From an uncultured Hyphomicrobiales bacterium (GTDB taxonomy: Bacteria; Pseudomonadota; Alphaproteobacteria; Rhizobiales; JACESI01): a DNA stretch of 44,048 bases. The position numbers and the translations under genes are program-made. This document shows, piece after piece, positions 1 through 11,336 of this stretch. The notes below the pieces were generated by a model that searched no databases, was not told where the DNA came from, and saw only the letters and a list, made by a program, of their open reading frames with translations. The DNA lies in the NCBI GenBank assembly GCA_964553335.1, contig CAZKKW010000005.1, positions 11,199 through 55,246 on the forward strand. Reading direction: 5' to 3'. Positions within the stretch are counted from its first letter, which is position 1, and each line of letters starts with the position of its first letter.

Positions 1-1650
1 CCAGCACCAGCGCCGGCTCCAACCAGTCTGCGTGTTGCCCAACCAAAACCTCCGGCAAAACCAAGCCGCCGCGCAATGACTGAAGCCCAGCCACCATTGC
101 CAACATTCAAAGATCCATCAGAATTTGAATTGCCACCGCTTCACCTCTTATCAGAAGCACCTGCTAACCGTGGTGAACACCAGCTTTCAAACGATGAATT
201 AGCAGCCAACGCTCAATTGCTTGAAGGTGTATTGGAAGACTTCGGTGTTAAAGGCGAAATTGTCCACGTTAGACCGGGCCCTGTTGTAACCCTTTACGAA
301 CTAGAACCAGCACCGGGCATTAAATCTTCCCGCGTGATCGGCCTTGCCGATGATATTGCTCGTTCAATGAGCGCAATTGCCGCCCGTGTTGCTGTAATCC
401 CCGGTAAAAACGCAATTGGCATCGAACTACCAAATGCCTCACGCGAAACCATTTATCTACGGGAAAGCATTGCATCTAAAACCTTTGAAGCAAACAAAGG
501 CAAATTGCCAATCTGCCTTGGCAAAACCATTGGCGGCGAAGGCGTTATCGCAGACCTTGCCAAAATGCCTCACTTGCTTGTGGCAGGTACCACCGGTTCT
601 GGTAAGTCCGTTGCGATCAACACCATGATCCTCTCCCTCTTGTTCCGCATGACACCTGAACAATGTAAAATGATCATGATCGATCCTAAGATGCTGGAAC
701 TATCTGTCTATGATGGCATTCCGCATCTTCTAACCCCCGTGGTGACAGATCCGAAAAAAGCCGTCGTTGCGTTGAAATGGACTGTGCGCGAAATGGAAGA
801 TCGTTATCGTAAAATGTCCAAAGTTGGCGTTCGAAACATTGATGGTTTCAACACCCGCGTAAAACAAGCCGCTGAGAAAAACGAGCCGATCGTTCGCACC
901 ATACAAACCGGTTATGATCAAGAAACAGGTGAAGCAATTTATGAGCGCGAAGAACTCGATCTTGCGCCATTGCCATTCATCGTGGTGATCATCGATGAGA
1001 TGGCCGACCTTATGATGGTTGCTGGTAAAGATATTGAAGGCGCAATCCAGCGCTTGGCACAAATGGCGCGTGCAGCGGGCATTCACGTCATCATGGCAAC
1101 GCAGCGTCCATCCGTTGATGTGATCACGGGTACGATTAAAGCTAACTTCCCGACACGGATTTCATTCCAAGTAACATCTAAAATCGACAGCCGCACCATT
1201 CTTGGCGAACAAGGTGCGGAACAATTGCTTGGCATGGGTGACATGCTTTATATGGCCGCCGGTGGACGCACCCAACGTGTGCACGGTCCGTTTGTGGATG
1301 ATTCTGAAGTTGAAGACATTGTTATGCACCTCAAAGACCAAGGCATTCCACAATATGTGGGCGCTGTGACCGAAGAGGTTGATGAAGAAGGCGATGCAAG
1401 TGCCAGTGGTGAAACGGGTGGCAATGTCGAAAGCGATGACCCTTACGATAAAGCGGTTGCCGTTGTCCTTCGAGACAAGAAAGCATCAACCAGTTACATC
1501 CAACGCCGCCTTGGTATTGGGTATAATCGCGCCGCCTCAATTATTGAGCGCATGGAAGAAGAAGGTGTGGTCGGTCCAGCCAATCACGCCGGTAAACGCG
1601 AAATTTTAGTCGGTAGTAATCCCGATGAAGACTTCGCTTTCAAGGAATAA
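1..1650 (+). CDS. ftsK: DNA translocase FtsK, C-terminal part (5' end lies outside the window)
   Basis: Frame 1 is open from base 1 (Pro/Ala-rich linker PAPAPAPT... before the listed Met). Walker A GTTGSGKS, Walker B region [13 protein letters not shown], and a C-terminal winged-helix gamma domain ([14 protein letters not shown]) are present. Confidence 0.95.
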   Translation, partial: PAPAPAPTSLRVAQPKPPAKPSRRAMTEAQPPLPTFKDPSEFELPPLHLLSEAPANRGEHQLSNDELAANAQLLEGVLEDFGVKGEIVHVRPGPVVTLYELEPAPGIKSSRVIGLADDIARSMSAIAARVAVIPGKNAIGIELPNASRETIYLRESIASKTFEANKGKLPICLGKTIGGEGVIADLAKMPHLLVAGTTGSGKSVAINTMILSLLFRMTPEQCKMIMIDPKMLELSVYDGIPHLLTPVVTDPKKAVVALKWTVREMEDRYRKMSKVGVRNIDGFNTRVKQAAEKNEPIVRTIQTGYDQETGEAIYEREELDLAPLPFIVVIIDEMADLMMVAGKDIEGAIQRLAQMARAAGIHVIMATQRPSVDVITGTIKANFPTRISFQVTSKIDSRTILGEQGAEQLLGMGDMLYMAAGGRTQRVHGPFVDDSEVEDIVMHLKDQGIPQYVGAVTEEVDEEGDASASGETGGNVESDDPYDKAVAVVLRDKKASTSYIQRRLGIGYNRAASIIERMEEEGVVGPANHAGKREILVGSNPDEDFAFKE

Positions 1651-1801
1651 GCAAAGAATTTGCTCTTTAGTATATGAGTTACTGCTGTAGTAATGGCGCG
1701 AATCTGTCATTCATGCTGCAGTCAGACTGAGTGAGTTAGAAAAAAGCGGTAGTTCAACGAACTTTCGCCTCTTTTGACCACTTTATTTGCAGCATCTACG
1801 A

Positions 1802-2506
1802 ATGTGGGAAATTCTATCAATGATACACAACCATAATCACCATAAAAATCAGCACAACGCACGCGCAATCGCGAAAGCTGAAACCCGCAACACTGCCTTT
1901 GTTGTTGGCGTCGTTCTGTTCCTCTCGGTGCTCATCTTTTCATTCATCTTTGCAACAACCGCCCATGCAGCACTGACTAGGGATCAAAAAAATGTCCTAA
2001 AAAGCATTAGCAAACAAATGAACGGTTATAAGACAATGGCCGGTAAATTCGTTCAAACCGGACCGAACGGTAATGCTGTTGAGGGTAAATTCTTTATGCA
2101 TCGCCCAGGCTTAATGCGTTTCAAATATAATAAGCCTGCCACAATTGACATTATTGCGGATGGACGCAGTGTTGCTGTCATCAACACCAAGCTTGAAACC
2201 CAAGACTTGCTACCACTGAAAAAGACGCCGCTTCGCTATCTCCTGCGCCGCAAATTGAACCTTAATAAGGTCAAAGGCATCAAGAATGTTGGCCTGCTTG
2301 GAAATTCAATTGTCGTGATTATCGAAGACCCAGAAGCGTTTAATGAAAGCCAATTGCGCCTCTTCTTCACAAAAGACACTTATGAGCTGGAACAGTGGAT
2401 TGTAACAGACGCCCAAGGCCTCGATACCTCGGTCCAAATTTACGACACCAAAAAAGGGCCGAAGTTGAAATCGAGCCTCTTTAAAATCAAATATCCTGGC
2501 GAATAA
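1802..2506 (+). CDS. lolA: Outer-membrane lipoprotein carrier protein LolA-like
   Basis: Hydrophobic signal-like segment ending ATTAHA/ALT, followed by a LolA-type body (GKFVQTGPNG..EGKFFMHRPGLMRFKY). The ftsK-lolA adjacency is widely conserved. Start is uncertain (TTG 1787, ATG 1802 or ATG 1820). Confidence 0.75.
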   Translation: MWEILSMIHNHNHHKNQHNARAIAKAETRNTAFVVGVVLFLSVLIFSFIFATTAHAALTRDQKNVLKSISKQMNGYKTMAGKFVQTGPNGNAVEGKFFMHRPGLMRFKYNKPATIDIIADGRSVAVINTKLETQDLLPLKKTPLRYLLRRKLNLNKVKGIKNVGLLGNSIVVIIEDPEAFNESQLRLFFTKDTYELEQWIVTDAQGLDTSVQIYDTKKGPKLKSSLFKIKYPGE

Positions 2507-2541
2507 AGCCTTTACTAACAGATGGTCAACTGACCATGTAG

Positions 2542-2572
2542 AAGCCGGTGCCTTTGCATCGGCTTTTTGTTT
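2542..2572 (+). terminator. Rho-independent terminator after lolA
   Basis: 10-bp stem AAGCCGGTGC / GCATCGGCTT (one G-U pair) with a CTTT loop, followed by TTTTTGTTT. Confidence 0.55.
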
Positions 2573-2652
2573 GGGATAGCACGACACAACACATCGTCTT
2601 TAACCAATCATTGCGCTATGCTCGATCAAATTTTGATCGGAACCGAACTTCA

Positions 2653-3456
2653 ATGTCAGTCTTTAAAATTATCAGTTGGAATATCAATTCTGTCCGCCTT
2701 CGCATCAACCTCGTAGAAAAATTATTGGAAGCTGAAAATCCTGACGTGTTGTGCTTGCAAGAAACCAAATGCCACAACAACCAATTTCCAGAGACTGCAT
2801 TCAAGAAGATGGGTTATCCCTATATCGCCAAGCATGGCCAAAAAGGCTATCACGGTGTCGCTACAGTCTCGCGCATTCCCTTTACAGACAGCTTTTCCCG
2901 TGATTTTTGCGAAATGGGGGATGCCCGCCATATAGCAACCGATTATAAAATTGGTCCAGGCATTCGGGTTCATAACTTCTATGTTCCTGCCGGTGGCGAT
3001 GAAGCAGACATTGAGAAAAACCCAAAATTTGACCACAAAATGAAATTCGTTTCGGAAATGAACCAATGGATTGGTGGCGACGAATCTAAGCGCCCTGCCA
3101 TTTTGGTTGGCGACCTCAACATTGCACCTTATGAAAGTGATGTTTGGGATCACAAGAAGCTTTTGAAGGTTGTAAGCCACACACCGGTTGAAACGGAAGC
3201 CCTTGAAGCAGTTCGACAAAAAGGTAATTGGATTGATACGCAACGGTTATTAATTCCGGAGCCGGAACAGTTATTCACTTGGTGGAGTTACCGTTCGAAA
3301 GACTGGGAAGGTGCCAACAAAGGCCGTAGGCTTGACCACATCTGGGCGACCGAGGCTCTTGATGGAACAATCGCTTCAACCAAAGTGATAAAACATGCCC
3401 GCGGTTGGGAGCGTCCCTCTGACCATGCGCCTATTGTGACAGAATTTAAATTCTAA
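2653..3456 (+). CDS. xthA: Exodeoxyribonuclease III
   Basis: MSVFKIISWNINSVRLR...LCLQETK N-terminus and C-terminal PSDHAPIVTEF are typical of the ExoIII/AP-endonuclease family. ATG 2653 fits better than the upstream GTG 2548. Confidence 0.9.
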   Translation: MSVFKIISWNINSVRLRINLVEKLLEAENPDVLCLQETKCHNNQFPETAFKKMGYPYIAKHGQKGYHGVATVSRIPFTDSFSRDFCEMGDARHIATDYKIGPGIRVHNFYVPAGGDEADIEKNPKFDHKMKFVSEMNQWIGGDESKRPAILVGDLNIAPYESDVWDHKKLLKVVSHTPVETEALEAVRQKGNWIDTQRLLIPEPEQLFTWWSYRSKDWEGANKGRRLDHIWATEALDGTIASTKVIKHARGWERPSDHAPIVTEFKF

Positions 3457-3477
3457 ACGAGTTGATTTTAGTCAATT

Positions 3478-3987
3478 TTACTGGATGAAATCCAACCGTG
3501 CGGCGACACCATTGAATGTACCTACGGTGTGGTTGATTTCTTCACGCAGATAGTCCTGCAAACGCTCAGCATGACCTGGGTAGTTTTCCAGTATTTTTCG
3601 AAAAACCGAACGTTCAAATAATTGATATTTAACATCCCCCACAGCTTTTGCCGTAACGGGACGCTTGCCACTGGTAATCAAAGCATAAGGGTCCACAACA
3701 GCACCTGCCTGCAATCGTGTTCGCTCAACCATTTCCCCTTTTGAATGGATCAAAAGGCTCAATTCACCGCTTTCCAAAAAAATAGCGCCACTGGAAGCAT
3801 CACCTTCCATAAAAAGGCTCGTCCCATCTGACGCTGTCAAACTACGGCTATTAAAAACAATGTGGTGAAGCGCAATATCATCCAATATCGCAAAAAGCGG
3901 CACAGATTTTAATCGGTCGATTTTTTGGTCCAACATTGCCCCGCCCCAAAACTTACGATGGCCGACTAAAAGCCGGTCGGCCATCAT
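3478..3987 (-). CDS. Stand-alone cyclic-nucleotide-binding domain protein
   Basis: cNMP-binding beta-barrel pattern (LFAILDD..., FMEGDASSGAIFLESGELSL, RPVTAKA). No DNA-binding or other output domain is visible. Start is uncertain (3987 or ATG at 3936). Confidence 0.7.
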   Translation of the reverse strand: MMADRLLVGHRKFWGGAMLDQKIDRLKSVPLFAILDDIALHHIVFNSRSLTASDGTSLFMEGDASSGAIFLESGELSLLIHSKGEMVERTRLQAGAVVDPYALITSGKRPVTAKAVGDVKYQLFERSVFRKILENYPGHAERLQDYLREEINHTVGTFNGVAARLDFIQ

Positions 3988-3996
3988 AAACTGATT

Positions 3997-4680
3997 CTAT
4001 GGATTTAATTTATAACCACCACTTTCAGTCACAAGCAATTCCGCATTAGACGGATCGCGCTCGATTTTCTGACGCAAACGATAAATATGCGTCTCTAAGG
4101 TGTGCGTTGTAACCCCAGAATTGTAACCCCAAACTTCTTCCAGCAAGATATCACGCGTAACCGGCTTATCACCGACACGATAGAGATATTTCAAAATCGA
4201 AGTTTCTTTTTCCGTTAAGCGAACTTTTGCGCCTGTTTCATCAGAAAGCACTTTCGCGCTTGGACGGAAAACATAAGGCCCAATTGTGAAGGTCGCATCT
4301 TCACTTTGTTCGTGCTGTCGCAGTTGCGCGCGAATACGAGCGAGCAAAACAGCAAAACGGAATGGTTTTGTTACATAATCATTCGCGCCCGCTTCAAGAC
4401 CCAAAATAGTGTCCGAATCTGTGTCGTGACCAGTCAGCATAATAATCGGCGCTTTAAATCCACCTTTACGGAGAATCTTAACAGCTTCACGACCATCCAT
4501 GTCTGGCAAACCAACATCCATAATGAGCAAATCACAATGCCCATCACGCGCCGCTTTAATACCTTTCGTGGCATTTTCTTGATGCTCAATGTCAAATTCT
4601 TCGTAGAGACTGAGTTGTTCAACCAACGCTTCACAAAGATCAGCGTCATCATCAACTATTACAATTTTCCGCGCAGTCAT
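3997..4680 (-). CDS. OmpR/PhoB-family response regulator (receiver plus winged helix)
   Basis: Receiver motifs VDDD..., LLIMDVGLPDMDG, ANDYVTKPF. C-terminal winged-helix motif LTEKETSILKYL...THIYRLRQKIE. Confidence 0.9.
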   Translation of the reverse strand: MTARKIVIVDDDADLCEALVEQLSLYEEFDIEHQENATKGIKAARDGHCDLLIMDVGLPDMDGREAVKILRKGGFKAPIIMLTGHDTDSDTILGLEAGANDYVTKPFRFAVLLARIRAQLRQHEQSEDATFTIGPYVFRPSAKVLSDETGAKVRLTEKETSILKYLYRVGDKPVTRDILLEEVWGYNSGVTTHTLETHIYRLRQKIERDPSNAELLVTESGGYKLNP

Positions 4681-4808
4681 ATTAGTACCCTTTGTTTGCC
4701 AAATATTTCGGTCTTCATTTTCAATTTCGAATCCAGCAAGATAGCTCTAGTATGGCTATTTTGAGCATCCAGTAAACTAGGTCCATCACAGATATATGAG
4801 GTTCTGGC

Positions 4809-5339
4809 ATGAACATTGTGTTTGTTAGAAGAAACTGGAAATCACTTTCCCGTGGCAATTTCGTGATGGGGCAGGGAAATAGTCAAATCATTGCGCCTTG
4901 TGCCCTTGGTCGATCTGGCATGACAAGTCGCAAAAAGGAAGGTGATGGCGGCACACCAATCGGATGTTTCGGCGTACTCAATGTCTATTTTCGTCCAGAC
5001 CGCGTTGCTCGACCAAATACGGCACTTCCCGTCTATGAAATTTCACCTGATATGGGCTGGAGTGACGCTAAAACCGACAGAAACTATAACAAATTGGTCA
5101 AATTACCTTACCCAACATCACACGAAACTCTAACCCGAGATGATCATCTCTACGATTATATGGTGGTATTGGATTACAATATTTCCACACGCAAACGGGG
5201 AGGCGGAAGTGCCATCTTTTTTCATTTGGCCCATCCCGATTTCAGACCAACTGAGGGATGTGTTGCTGTTGAAAAATCTGTGATGGAGCAGTTTTTAGAA
5301 AGAGCAAATTCAGAAACGAAATTCGTCATCCAGCAGTAA
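4809..5339 (+). CDS. L,D-transpeptidase catalytic-domain (YkuD-like) family protein
   Basis: FFHLAHPDFRPTEGCVAV matches the His ... [S/T]xGC active-site pattern of YkuD-type domains. The protein is a small single domain. Confidence 0.65.
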   Translation: MNIVFVRRNWKSLSRGNFVMGQGNSQIIAPCALGRSGMTSRKKEGDGGTPIGCFGVLNVYFRPDRVARPNTALPVYEISPDMGWSDAKTDRNYNKLVKLPYPTSHETLTRDDHLYDYMVVLDYNISTRKRGGGSAIFFHLAHPDFRPTEGCVAVEKSVMEQFLERANSETKFVIQQ

Positions 5340-5356
5340 AATGTGATGAAATTCGT

Positions 5357-6010
5357 CTATCCACGCCCACCAAATATCGCACTTCCTACCCGAATATGGG
5401 TCGCACCCTGCGTTAAAGCCACTTCAAAATCAGAAGACATGCCCATAGAAAGATGCGGGAGCGAATGTTTTTTTGCAAGTTCGCGCAACTGCGTGAAATG
5501 AGGCGCCGGATCTTCATCAAAAGGCGGGATGCACATGAGGCCGATCACATTAAGCCCTATTTCCTGCACGCAGGTTATAATGAAACTGTCTGCCTCTGCA
5601 GGTAAAACACCTGCTTTTTGTGGCTCAGATCCAGTATTGAGCTGAATGAAAACGGGCAAGTTGCGCTCTTGCTTTTTCATTTCAGACGCCAGTGCCTTTG
5701 CGATTTTTTCACGATCAACCGTGTGAATAACATCAAACAACGCCACAGCATCAGCCGCCTTATTCGATTGTAAGGGGCCGATAAGATGCAATTTTGTATC
5801 AGGATAAGTTTTCTTCAAACCCGGCCACTTACCCTGACTTTCCTGAACGCGGTTTTCACCAAATACACGATGGCCTGCTTCAAGCGCTGGAAGAATGTGC
5901 TCCGCATCGAAGGTTTTTGAAACCGCAATTAACACGGCATCATCCGAACCCGACGGTGAATTTTCGACAGCATCTTTAATCGTTTTCAGCCTTGTCTCGA
6001 TGCTTTCCAT
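5357..6010 (-). CDS. yggS: YggS-family pyridoxal-phosphate homeostasis protein
   Basis: AVSKTF...VFGENRVQE...HLIGPLQSNK...SMGMSSDFEVA pattern typical of YggS/PROSC. ATG 6010 (MESIETRL) is the likely start rather than 6091. Confidence 0.85.
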   Translation of the reverse strand: MESIETRLKTIKDAVENSPSGSDDAVLIAVSKTFDAEHILPALEAGHRVFGENRVQESQGKWPGLKKTYPDTKLHLIGPLQSNKAADAVALFDVIHTVDREKIAKALASEMKKQERNLPVFIQLNTGSEPQKAGVLPAEADSFIITCVQEIGLNVIGLMCIPPFDEDPAPHFTQLRELAKKHSLPHLSMGMSSDFEVALTQGATHIRVGSAIFGGRG

Positions 6011-6160
6011 CTCACCTTTTCCTTTAGCCTTCAATTTCAACATCATAAACCAGCCAAACCAAGGCGCATCAAGCCCTTGAAGGTTGACCAAAGCTGTTAA
6101 TTCTGGTGTTTGTCACATCAACTAACAAATCACCTTTTTCAAGAGCACGTCGTATTCAAA

Positions 6161-8776
6161 ATGGCAACTGAACGCTACAATCCCCGCGAAACTGAACCAC
6201 GTTGGCAATCATACTGGTCTGAGAACAAAATTTTCGAGACCGACAACGAAGATCCGCGCGAAAAATATTATGTGCTGGAAATGTTTCCCTACCCATCTGG
6301 CCGCATCCATATGGGCCATGTTCGAAATTATACGATGGGTGATGTGGTTGCACGATTTAAACGCGCCAAAGGATTTAATGTTTTGCACCCTATGGGTTGG
6401 GATGCCTTTGGGATGCCCGCCGAAAACGCGGCGATGCAAAACAACACCCACCCAAAAGCATGGACCTATGAAAACATCGCAACCATGCGCGACCAGCTCA
6501 AAAGCATGGGGCTATCGCTTGATTGGTCCCGTGAATTTGCCACATGCGATGTAGATTACTATCACCGCCAGCAAATGCTGTTCCTCGATTTCCTCGATAA
6601 AGATCTCGTTTATCGCAAAGAAAGCAAAGTCAATTGGGATCCAGTGGATCAAACTGTTCTTGCAAATGAACAAGTGATTGACGGATGTGGCTGGCGTTCT
6701 GGCGCACCAGTGGAACAACGCAATCTTACCCAATGGTTTTTCAAGATTACCGACTTCAGCCAAGATTTGCTTGACGAACTCGACAATTTGGACGGATGGC
6801 CAGAAAAAGTGCGCCTGATGCAGCGAAATTGGATTGGCCGCTCGGAAGGGTTGCGCATTCATTTTGAATTTGCAGGAGCAGCCCCGAGTGAAGACAAAAC
6901 CCTTGAAGTTTTCACAACACGCCCCGATACTTTGTATGGCGCAAGCTTCATGGCTGTCGCTGCCGAACATCCGCTGGCGCTTAAAGCTGCTGAAACCAAT
7001 CCAGAACTAACGGCCTTCATTGATGAATGTCGGAAATTGGGAACAAGTGTTGCAGCCCTTGAGACCGCTGAGAAAAAGGGTATTGCCACAGGCTTCAAGG
7101 TCAAGCACCCCTTGGTTGAAGGCCAGGAACTCCCGATTTATGTCGCAAACTTCATTTTGATGGATTACGGCACCGGCGCCATTTTCGGTTGTCCGGCCCA
7201 CGACCAACGAGATTTAGATTTCGCCCGGGCATACGGGTTGCCGGTAAAACCTGTTGTTTTGCCGAAAGGTGAAGAAGCGGCTTCGTTCGAAATCGGCAAT
7301 GTCGCCAATACCGACGATGGTGTTTTGTTTAATTCTGAATTTTTAGATGGCCTCAGCATTGATGAAGCAAAGGATGCCGTTGCCAACAAGCTTGAAAACA
7401 TCAAGGTCGGCGATATTGAGCAGGGAATGCGGCAGGTTAATTTCCGTTTGCGTGACTGGGGTATTTCCCGCCAGCGCTACTGGGGTTGCCCAATTCCGGT
7501 GGTTCACTGTGATCATTGTGGCGTTGTTCCCGTTAAAGCGACAGACCTTCCAATCGAACTGCCAGAAGACATCAACTTTGACAAACCAGGAAATCCGCTC
7601 GATCGCCACCCAACATGGCGCGATGTTGCTTGCCCTTCGTGCGGCAAGCCGGCAAAACGTGAAACTGACACAATGGATACATTTGTCGATTCGTCATGGT
7701 ATTTCGCCCGCTTTACAGATCCAAAAGCAGACACACCAACCACGCCGAAAGTCGCAAGTGATTGGCTTCCTGTTGATCAATATATCGGCGGCATTGAGCA
7801 CGCGATTTTACATCTGCTTTATTCAAGATTTTTTGCCCGCGCCATGGGCGTTGCAGGTCACTTGAATGCTGACGAACCTTTCAAAGGATTGTTTACGCAA
7901 GGTATGGTGACCCATGAGACTTATAAATCAGACGACGGCAAATGGATAAGCCCTGCCGAACTTCGATTTGAAGAAGAGGGCGGGTCGCGCAAAGCCTATC
8001 TTTTAGACGGTGGTAGTGAAGTTAAAATTGGTGGCATTGAGAAAATGTCGAAATCCAAACGCAACACCGTTGATCCCACCGATATTCTTGAAACATACGG
8101 TGCCGATACAGCCCGCTGGTTCATGTTATCTGACACACCGCCTGAGCGTGACCTCGAATGGACCGCTGCAGGGGCCGATGGAGCCTTCCGATTTGTTCAG
8201 CGGATTTATCGCCTATTTGCAGAGTTCAAATCGCTAGGCTTAGACGCCAAGGCTGAGATACCAGATGCAATCGATGGGCAAGCATTGGAATTGCGTAAAC
8301 TCGCCCATAAAACCATTTCTTTGATTGAACAAGATATCGAAAAACTTGGGTTTAACCGAGCAGTTGCTCGGGTTTACGAGCTTGTCAATTTCATGGCTAA
8401 GATCAAACTAAACGATCAGAGCGATGATACAATAAAGGCGGTTTATGGTGAGGCTTTGACTTACCTTGCCATTTTGATCAATCCGATGATTCCCCATTTG
8501 GCCGAAGAATGTTGGATTATACTTGGCAATGAGACAAGCCTATCAAACACCGATTGGCCTGTTTTCGATCCGGCACTTTTGGTTGAGAATGAAATTCTTA
8601 TGCCGGTACAAATTAACGGCAAAAAGAGAGCAGAATTGACAATTGCCGCTGACGCAGATCAAAAAACCATCGAAGATGCTTTGATGAAACTTGAAGCCGT
8701 ACAAAATGCTTTGAATGGTGGAGCACCTAAGAAATTGATTATTGTGCCAAAACGCATTATCAATGTTGTTGTATAG
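6161..8776 (+). CDS. leuS: Leucyl-tRNA synthetase
   Basis: Class I HIGH motif ([13 protein letters not shown]) and KMSKS motif ([10 protein letters not shown]). Length is about 870 aa. ATG 6161 (MATERYNP) is the likely start. Confidence 0.97.
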   Translation: MATERYNPRETEPRWQSYWSENKIFETDNEDPREKYYVLEMFPYPSGRIHMGHVRNYTMGDVVARFKRAKGFNVLHPMGWDAFGMPAENAAMQNNTHPKAWTYENIATMRDQLKSMGLSLDWSREFATCDVDYYHRQQMLFLDFLDKDLVYRKESKVNWDPVDQTVLANEQVIDGCGWRSGAPVEQRNLTQWFFKITDFSQDLLDELDNLDGWPEKVRLMQRNWIGRSEGLRIHFEFAGAAPSEDKTLEVFTTRPDTLYGASFMAVAAEHPLALKAAETNPELTAFIDECRKLGTSVAALETAEKKGIATGFKVKHPLVEGQELPIYVANFILMDYGTGAIFGCPAHDQRDLDFARAYGLPVKPVVLPKGEEAASFEIGNVANTDDGVLFNSEFLDGLSIDEAKDAVANKLENIKVGDIEQGMRQVNFRLRDWGISRQRYWGCPIPVVHCDHCGVVPVKATDLPIELPEDINFDKPGNPLDRHPTWRDVACPSCGKPAKRETDTMDTFVDSSWYFARFTDPKADTPTTPKVASDWLPVDQYIGGIEHAILHLLYSRFFARAMGVAGHLNADEPFKGLFTQGMVTHETYKSDDGKWISPAELRFEEEGGSRKAYLLDGGSEVKIGGIEKMSKSKRNTVDPTDILETYGADTARWFMLSDTPPERDLEWTAAGADGAFRFVQRIYRLFAEFKSLGLDAKAEIPDAIDGQALELRKLAHKTISLIEQDIEKLGFNRAVARVYELVNFMAKIKLNDQSDDTIKAVYGEALTYLAILINPMIPHLAEECWIILGNETSLSNTDWPVFDPALLVENEILMPVQINGKKRAELTIAADADQKTIEDALMKLEAVQNALNGGAPKKLIIVPKRIINVVV

Positions 8777-8799
8777 CTAAGGAATTAAAGGTTAAGTCT

Positions 8800-9324
8800 T
8801 TGAGTAGTAAGAAGATTTTAAAAATATCGGGCTTTGCTCTAACCGCTTTATGGTTAGCTGGTTGCCAAGTCCAACCGTTGCACTCAACGGCTGCCCTATC
8901 CGACGGCTCCGCATTAGGCTCAACTTTGGCATCGGTTGAAATTGCAGAACCCAATTCGCGGTTAGATCAACTCGTCCGGAATGAATTGCAATTTTCATTA
9001 AGCGGTGGAACCCAACCTACAGGAAACTCCCCCTACGAACTTAGGTTCATAACAAGAAAGCAAGTTCGCTCAGTTGGCATTAGTGATGTTGATTTTGGAC
9101 CGAGAGCATTCTTTGTCGATATTTCATCCGATTATGTTTTGACAGATCGACGCAAAGCAGCGCCAATCGCGCAAGGAACCGAAAAAGCAACAGCCTCTTA
9201 TGATCGTGTCGACCAAGAGTTCACCAATGTGAGATCTGAGCGCGATGCTGAAATCCGCGCGGCAAAAGCGACCGCATTGAGACTACGTCAAGCGATTGCA
9301 ATCGCGCTCAAAAAAGCCCGCTAA
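8800..9324 (+). CDS. lptE: LPS-assembly lipoprotein LptE-like
   Basis: Lipobox LWLAGC near the N-terminus, about 170 aa. Sits in the conserved leuS-lptE-holA order. TTG start. Confidence 0.7.
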   Translation: MSSKKILKISGFALTALWLAGCQVQPLHSTAALSDGSALGSTLASVEIAEPNSRLDQLVRNELQFSLSGGTQPTGNSPYELRFITRKQVRSVGISDVDFGPRAFFVDISSDYVLTDRRKAAPIAQGTEKATASYDRVDQEFTNVRSERDAEIRAAKATALRLRQAIAIALKKAR

Positions 9325-9339
9325 AAATGGTCGTGACCC

Positions 9340-10374
9340 GTGCAGCTTAAAGCAAACGAAGTTGAACGATACATCAAAAACAAAGCGGGTTTTCACCCAG
9401 TCATTTTAATATATGGCCCAGACCAAGGCTTAGTCTCCGAGCGAGCCGATGTAATCAGTCATCTGGCACTAGAGGGAAACGACGACCCTCTTTCAAAGCT
9501 AACATTAGAATCAGACGACATTGCCAACGACCCTGGTCGGTTAATTGATGAAGCAAATGCTGTTGCGCTCTTTGGGGGCGATAAAGTCATTCGCGTGCGA
9601 TTAAACGGAACGAGGCAAATCACCAAATCTATTTCTGCCGTATTGGACGAAGGAAGTGGGCAATCAATTGTTCTAATTGAAGGTGGTGATCTTAAAAAAT
9701 CAAACCCTGTGCGTTCATTGATCGAAAAATCAAAAACCGCAATCACCATCCCCTGTTATGCAGATGACAATCGCAGCCTCAATATGTTGCTGCAAGAAGA
9801 GCTGCAGACAAATAACATGCGCATTTCTCAAGATGCTCAATCACTCCTGCTGTCCCTGATTGGCCAAAACCGACAAACCAGCCGCAATGAAATTCAAAAA
9901 CTCTGCCTTTATGCCCATGACAAAGGCGAGATTACGGTTGATGACGTCAACCTGTTAGTGGGAGACGCATCTGCCTCTTTGGTTGATGATACAATCGACT
10001 GGATTTTATCAGGCCAACTTCAACTTGGGTTAAACAATTTCGAAAACAGCCTGGTTATGGGGCATAATTCATTTCAAACAATCATCGCACTCCAACGCCA
10101 TCTCACCAGATTGCAGCTCTTAAGCGATGACGTGGCAAAGGGCGCGTCTGTCCGTGATGTTATAGACCGCGCACGTCCACCCATTCATTTCAAACGCAAG
10201 CAAGCAGTCTCGAAACAGGTGACAATTTGGCGTGGGGAAATGGTGAAAAAGGCGCTTGGTTATGTTCAAGACGCCATTGCTGAAAGCCGCGAGAAGTCGT
10301 CACTATCAGATACTGTCTTCCGCGCCTTGCTTTTGAAGCTTGGTAATGCGGCGAAACGGCGCGCTAATCGCTAA
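9340..10374 (+). CDS. holA: DNA polymerase III delta subunit
   Basis: 344 aa in the position after leuS-lptE as in E. coli. The N-terminal clamp-loader-like region (VILIYGPDQGLV) fits the delta family. GTG start. Confidence 0.8.
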   Translation: MQLKANEVERYIKNKAGFHPVILIYGPDQGLVSERADVISHLALEGNDDPLSKLTLESDDIANDPGRLIDEANAVALFGGDKVIRVRLNGTRQITKSISAVLDEGSGQSIVLIEGGDLKKSNPVRSLIEKSKTAITIPCYADDNRSLNMLLQEELQTNNMRISQDAQSLLLSLIGQNRQTSRNEIQKLCLYAHDKGEITVDDVNLLVGDASASLVDDTIDWILSGQLQLGLNNFENSLVMGHNSFQTIIALQRHLTRLQLLSDDVAKGASVRDVIDRARPPIHFKRKQAVSKQVTIWRGEMVKKALGYVQDAIAESREKSSLSDTVFRALLLKLGNAAKRRANR

Positions 10375-10398
10375 CCCGCCACCTCTCATTTTTATCGA

Positions 10399-11292
10399 CT
10401 AGTTCTTCAGTAGCGCAATCAAACCATCAAGCTGCTCAAGAGACTTAAAACGAATACGCATATCGCCCTTTTCGCCATCGCCCTTCATATCAACAGAGAC
10501 AACAAGCCCTAGATGATCGGTTAAACTTTTTTCTAACGCCAAAGTATCAGCGTCTTTTTTTGGCTTTGCACTGCTAGAAGGTGTTCGACCTGACGATTTC
10601 GCCGTCAAAGCTTCCGCATTTCGAACTGTCAAACCATCTTCAACGATCTGTTTTGCCAGCAGCTCAGGGTTGTCAGCTGTAATCAAAGTGCGTGCATGAC
10701 CAGCCGTAAGCTTACCTTCAGCAATATAAGTCTTCACACTTTCAGGAAGCTTCAACAAACGGGTCATATTCGCCACATGGGACCGACTTTTGCCGATCAC
10801 ATCGGCAAGCTCCGCCTGACTATAATCATAGTCTTTTGCCAACTGGTCATAACCCAACGCTTCTTCGATTGCATTAAGGTCAGCTCGCTGAACATTTTCA
10901 ATAATCGCAATCTCAAGCGCTTCCTTGTCGGAGACTTTGTGGATAAGTACGGGGATTTCATGGAGACCCGCCATTTGTGCAGCACGCCACCTCCGTTCAC
11001 CAGCGATAATTTCAAAATGGTTCTCATCACCAACAGGATCAGGACGGACGATAACAGGCTGAAAAATACCGCGTTCTTTAATAGAAGAGGCAAGATCCCC
11101 CAACTCTTCCGGCGCAAACACTTTACGCGGATTGTTTTTGCTAGGCGCAAGAAACTCTATCGGCACCCGACGTTGATTGCGGGCCGCCTCTATCGTTGCA
11201 TCTTCATCACCACCCATTTCACCAATAAGAGCCGCAAGCCCTCGGCCTAATCGTTTCTGACCCGAATCTTTTTTCTGCGCTGAATCTGACAT
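10399..11292 (-). CDS. parB: Chromosome partitioning protein ParB
   Basis: ParB-box motifs QPVIVRP and IIAGERRWRAA, and an HTH segment (SQAELADVIGKSRSHVANMTRLLKLP). Lies directly downstream of parA. Confidence 0.95.
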   Translation of the reverse strand: MSDSAQKKDSGQKRLGRGLAALIGEMGGDEDATIEAARNQRRVPIEFLAPSKNNPRKVFAPEELGDLASSIKERGIFQPVIVRPDPVGDENHFEIIAGERRWRAAQMAGLHEIPVLIHKVSDKEALEIAIIENVQRADLNAIEEALGYDQLAKDYDYSQAELADVIGKSRSHVANMTRLLKLPESVKTYIAEGKLTAGHARTLITADNPELLAKQIVEDGLTVRNAEALTAKSSGRTPSSSAKPKKDADTLALEKSLTDHLGLVVSVDMKGDGEKGDMRIRFKSLEQLDGLIALLKN

Positions 11293-11336
11293 CTTATTTC
11301 TTTCTTATAAATCAAATAGTTAGAGAGTGTATACGG

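Noticed and set aside
435-450. parS-like 16-mer TGCCTCACGCGAAACC inside ftsK
   Set aside because: Only 12/16 matches to TGTTTCACGTGAAACA, and the central CACGTG core is broken. It is likely chance within coding sequence.
2522-2537. Inverted repeat ATGGTCA-AC-TGACCAT just after the lolA stop
   Set aside because: It could be a protein-binding site, but it lies immediately before the terminator hairpin. It has no second copy in the window and nothing links it to a regulator.
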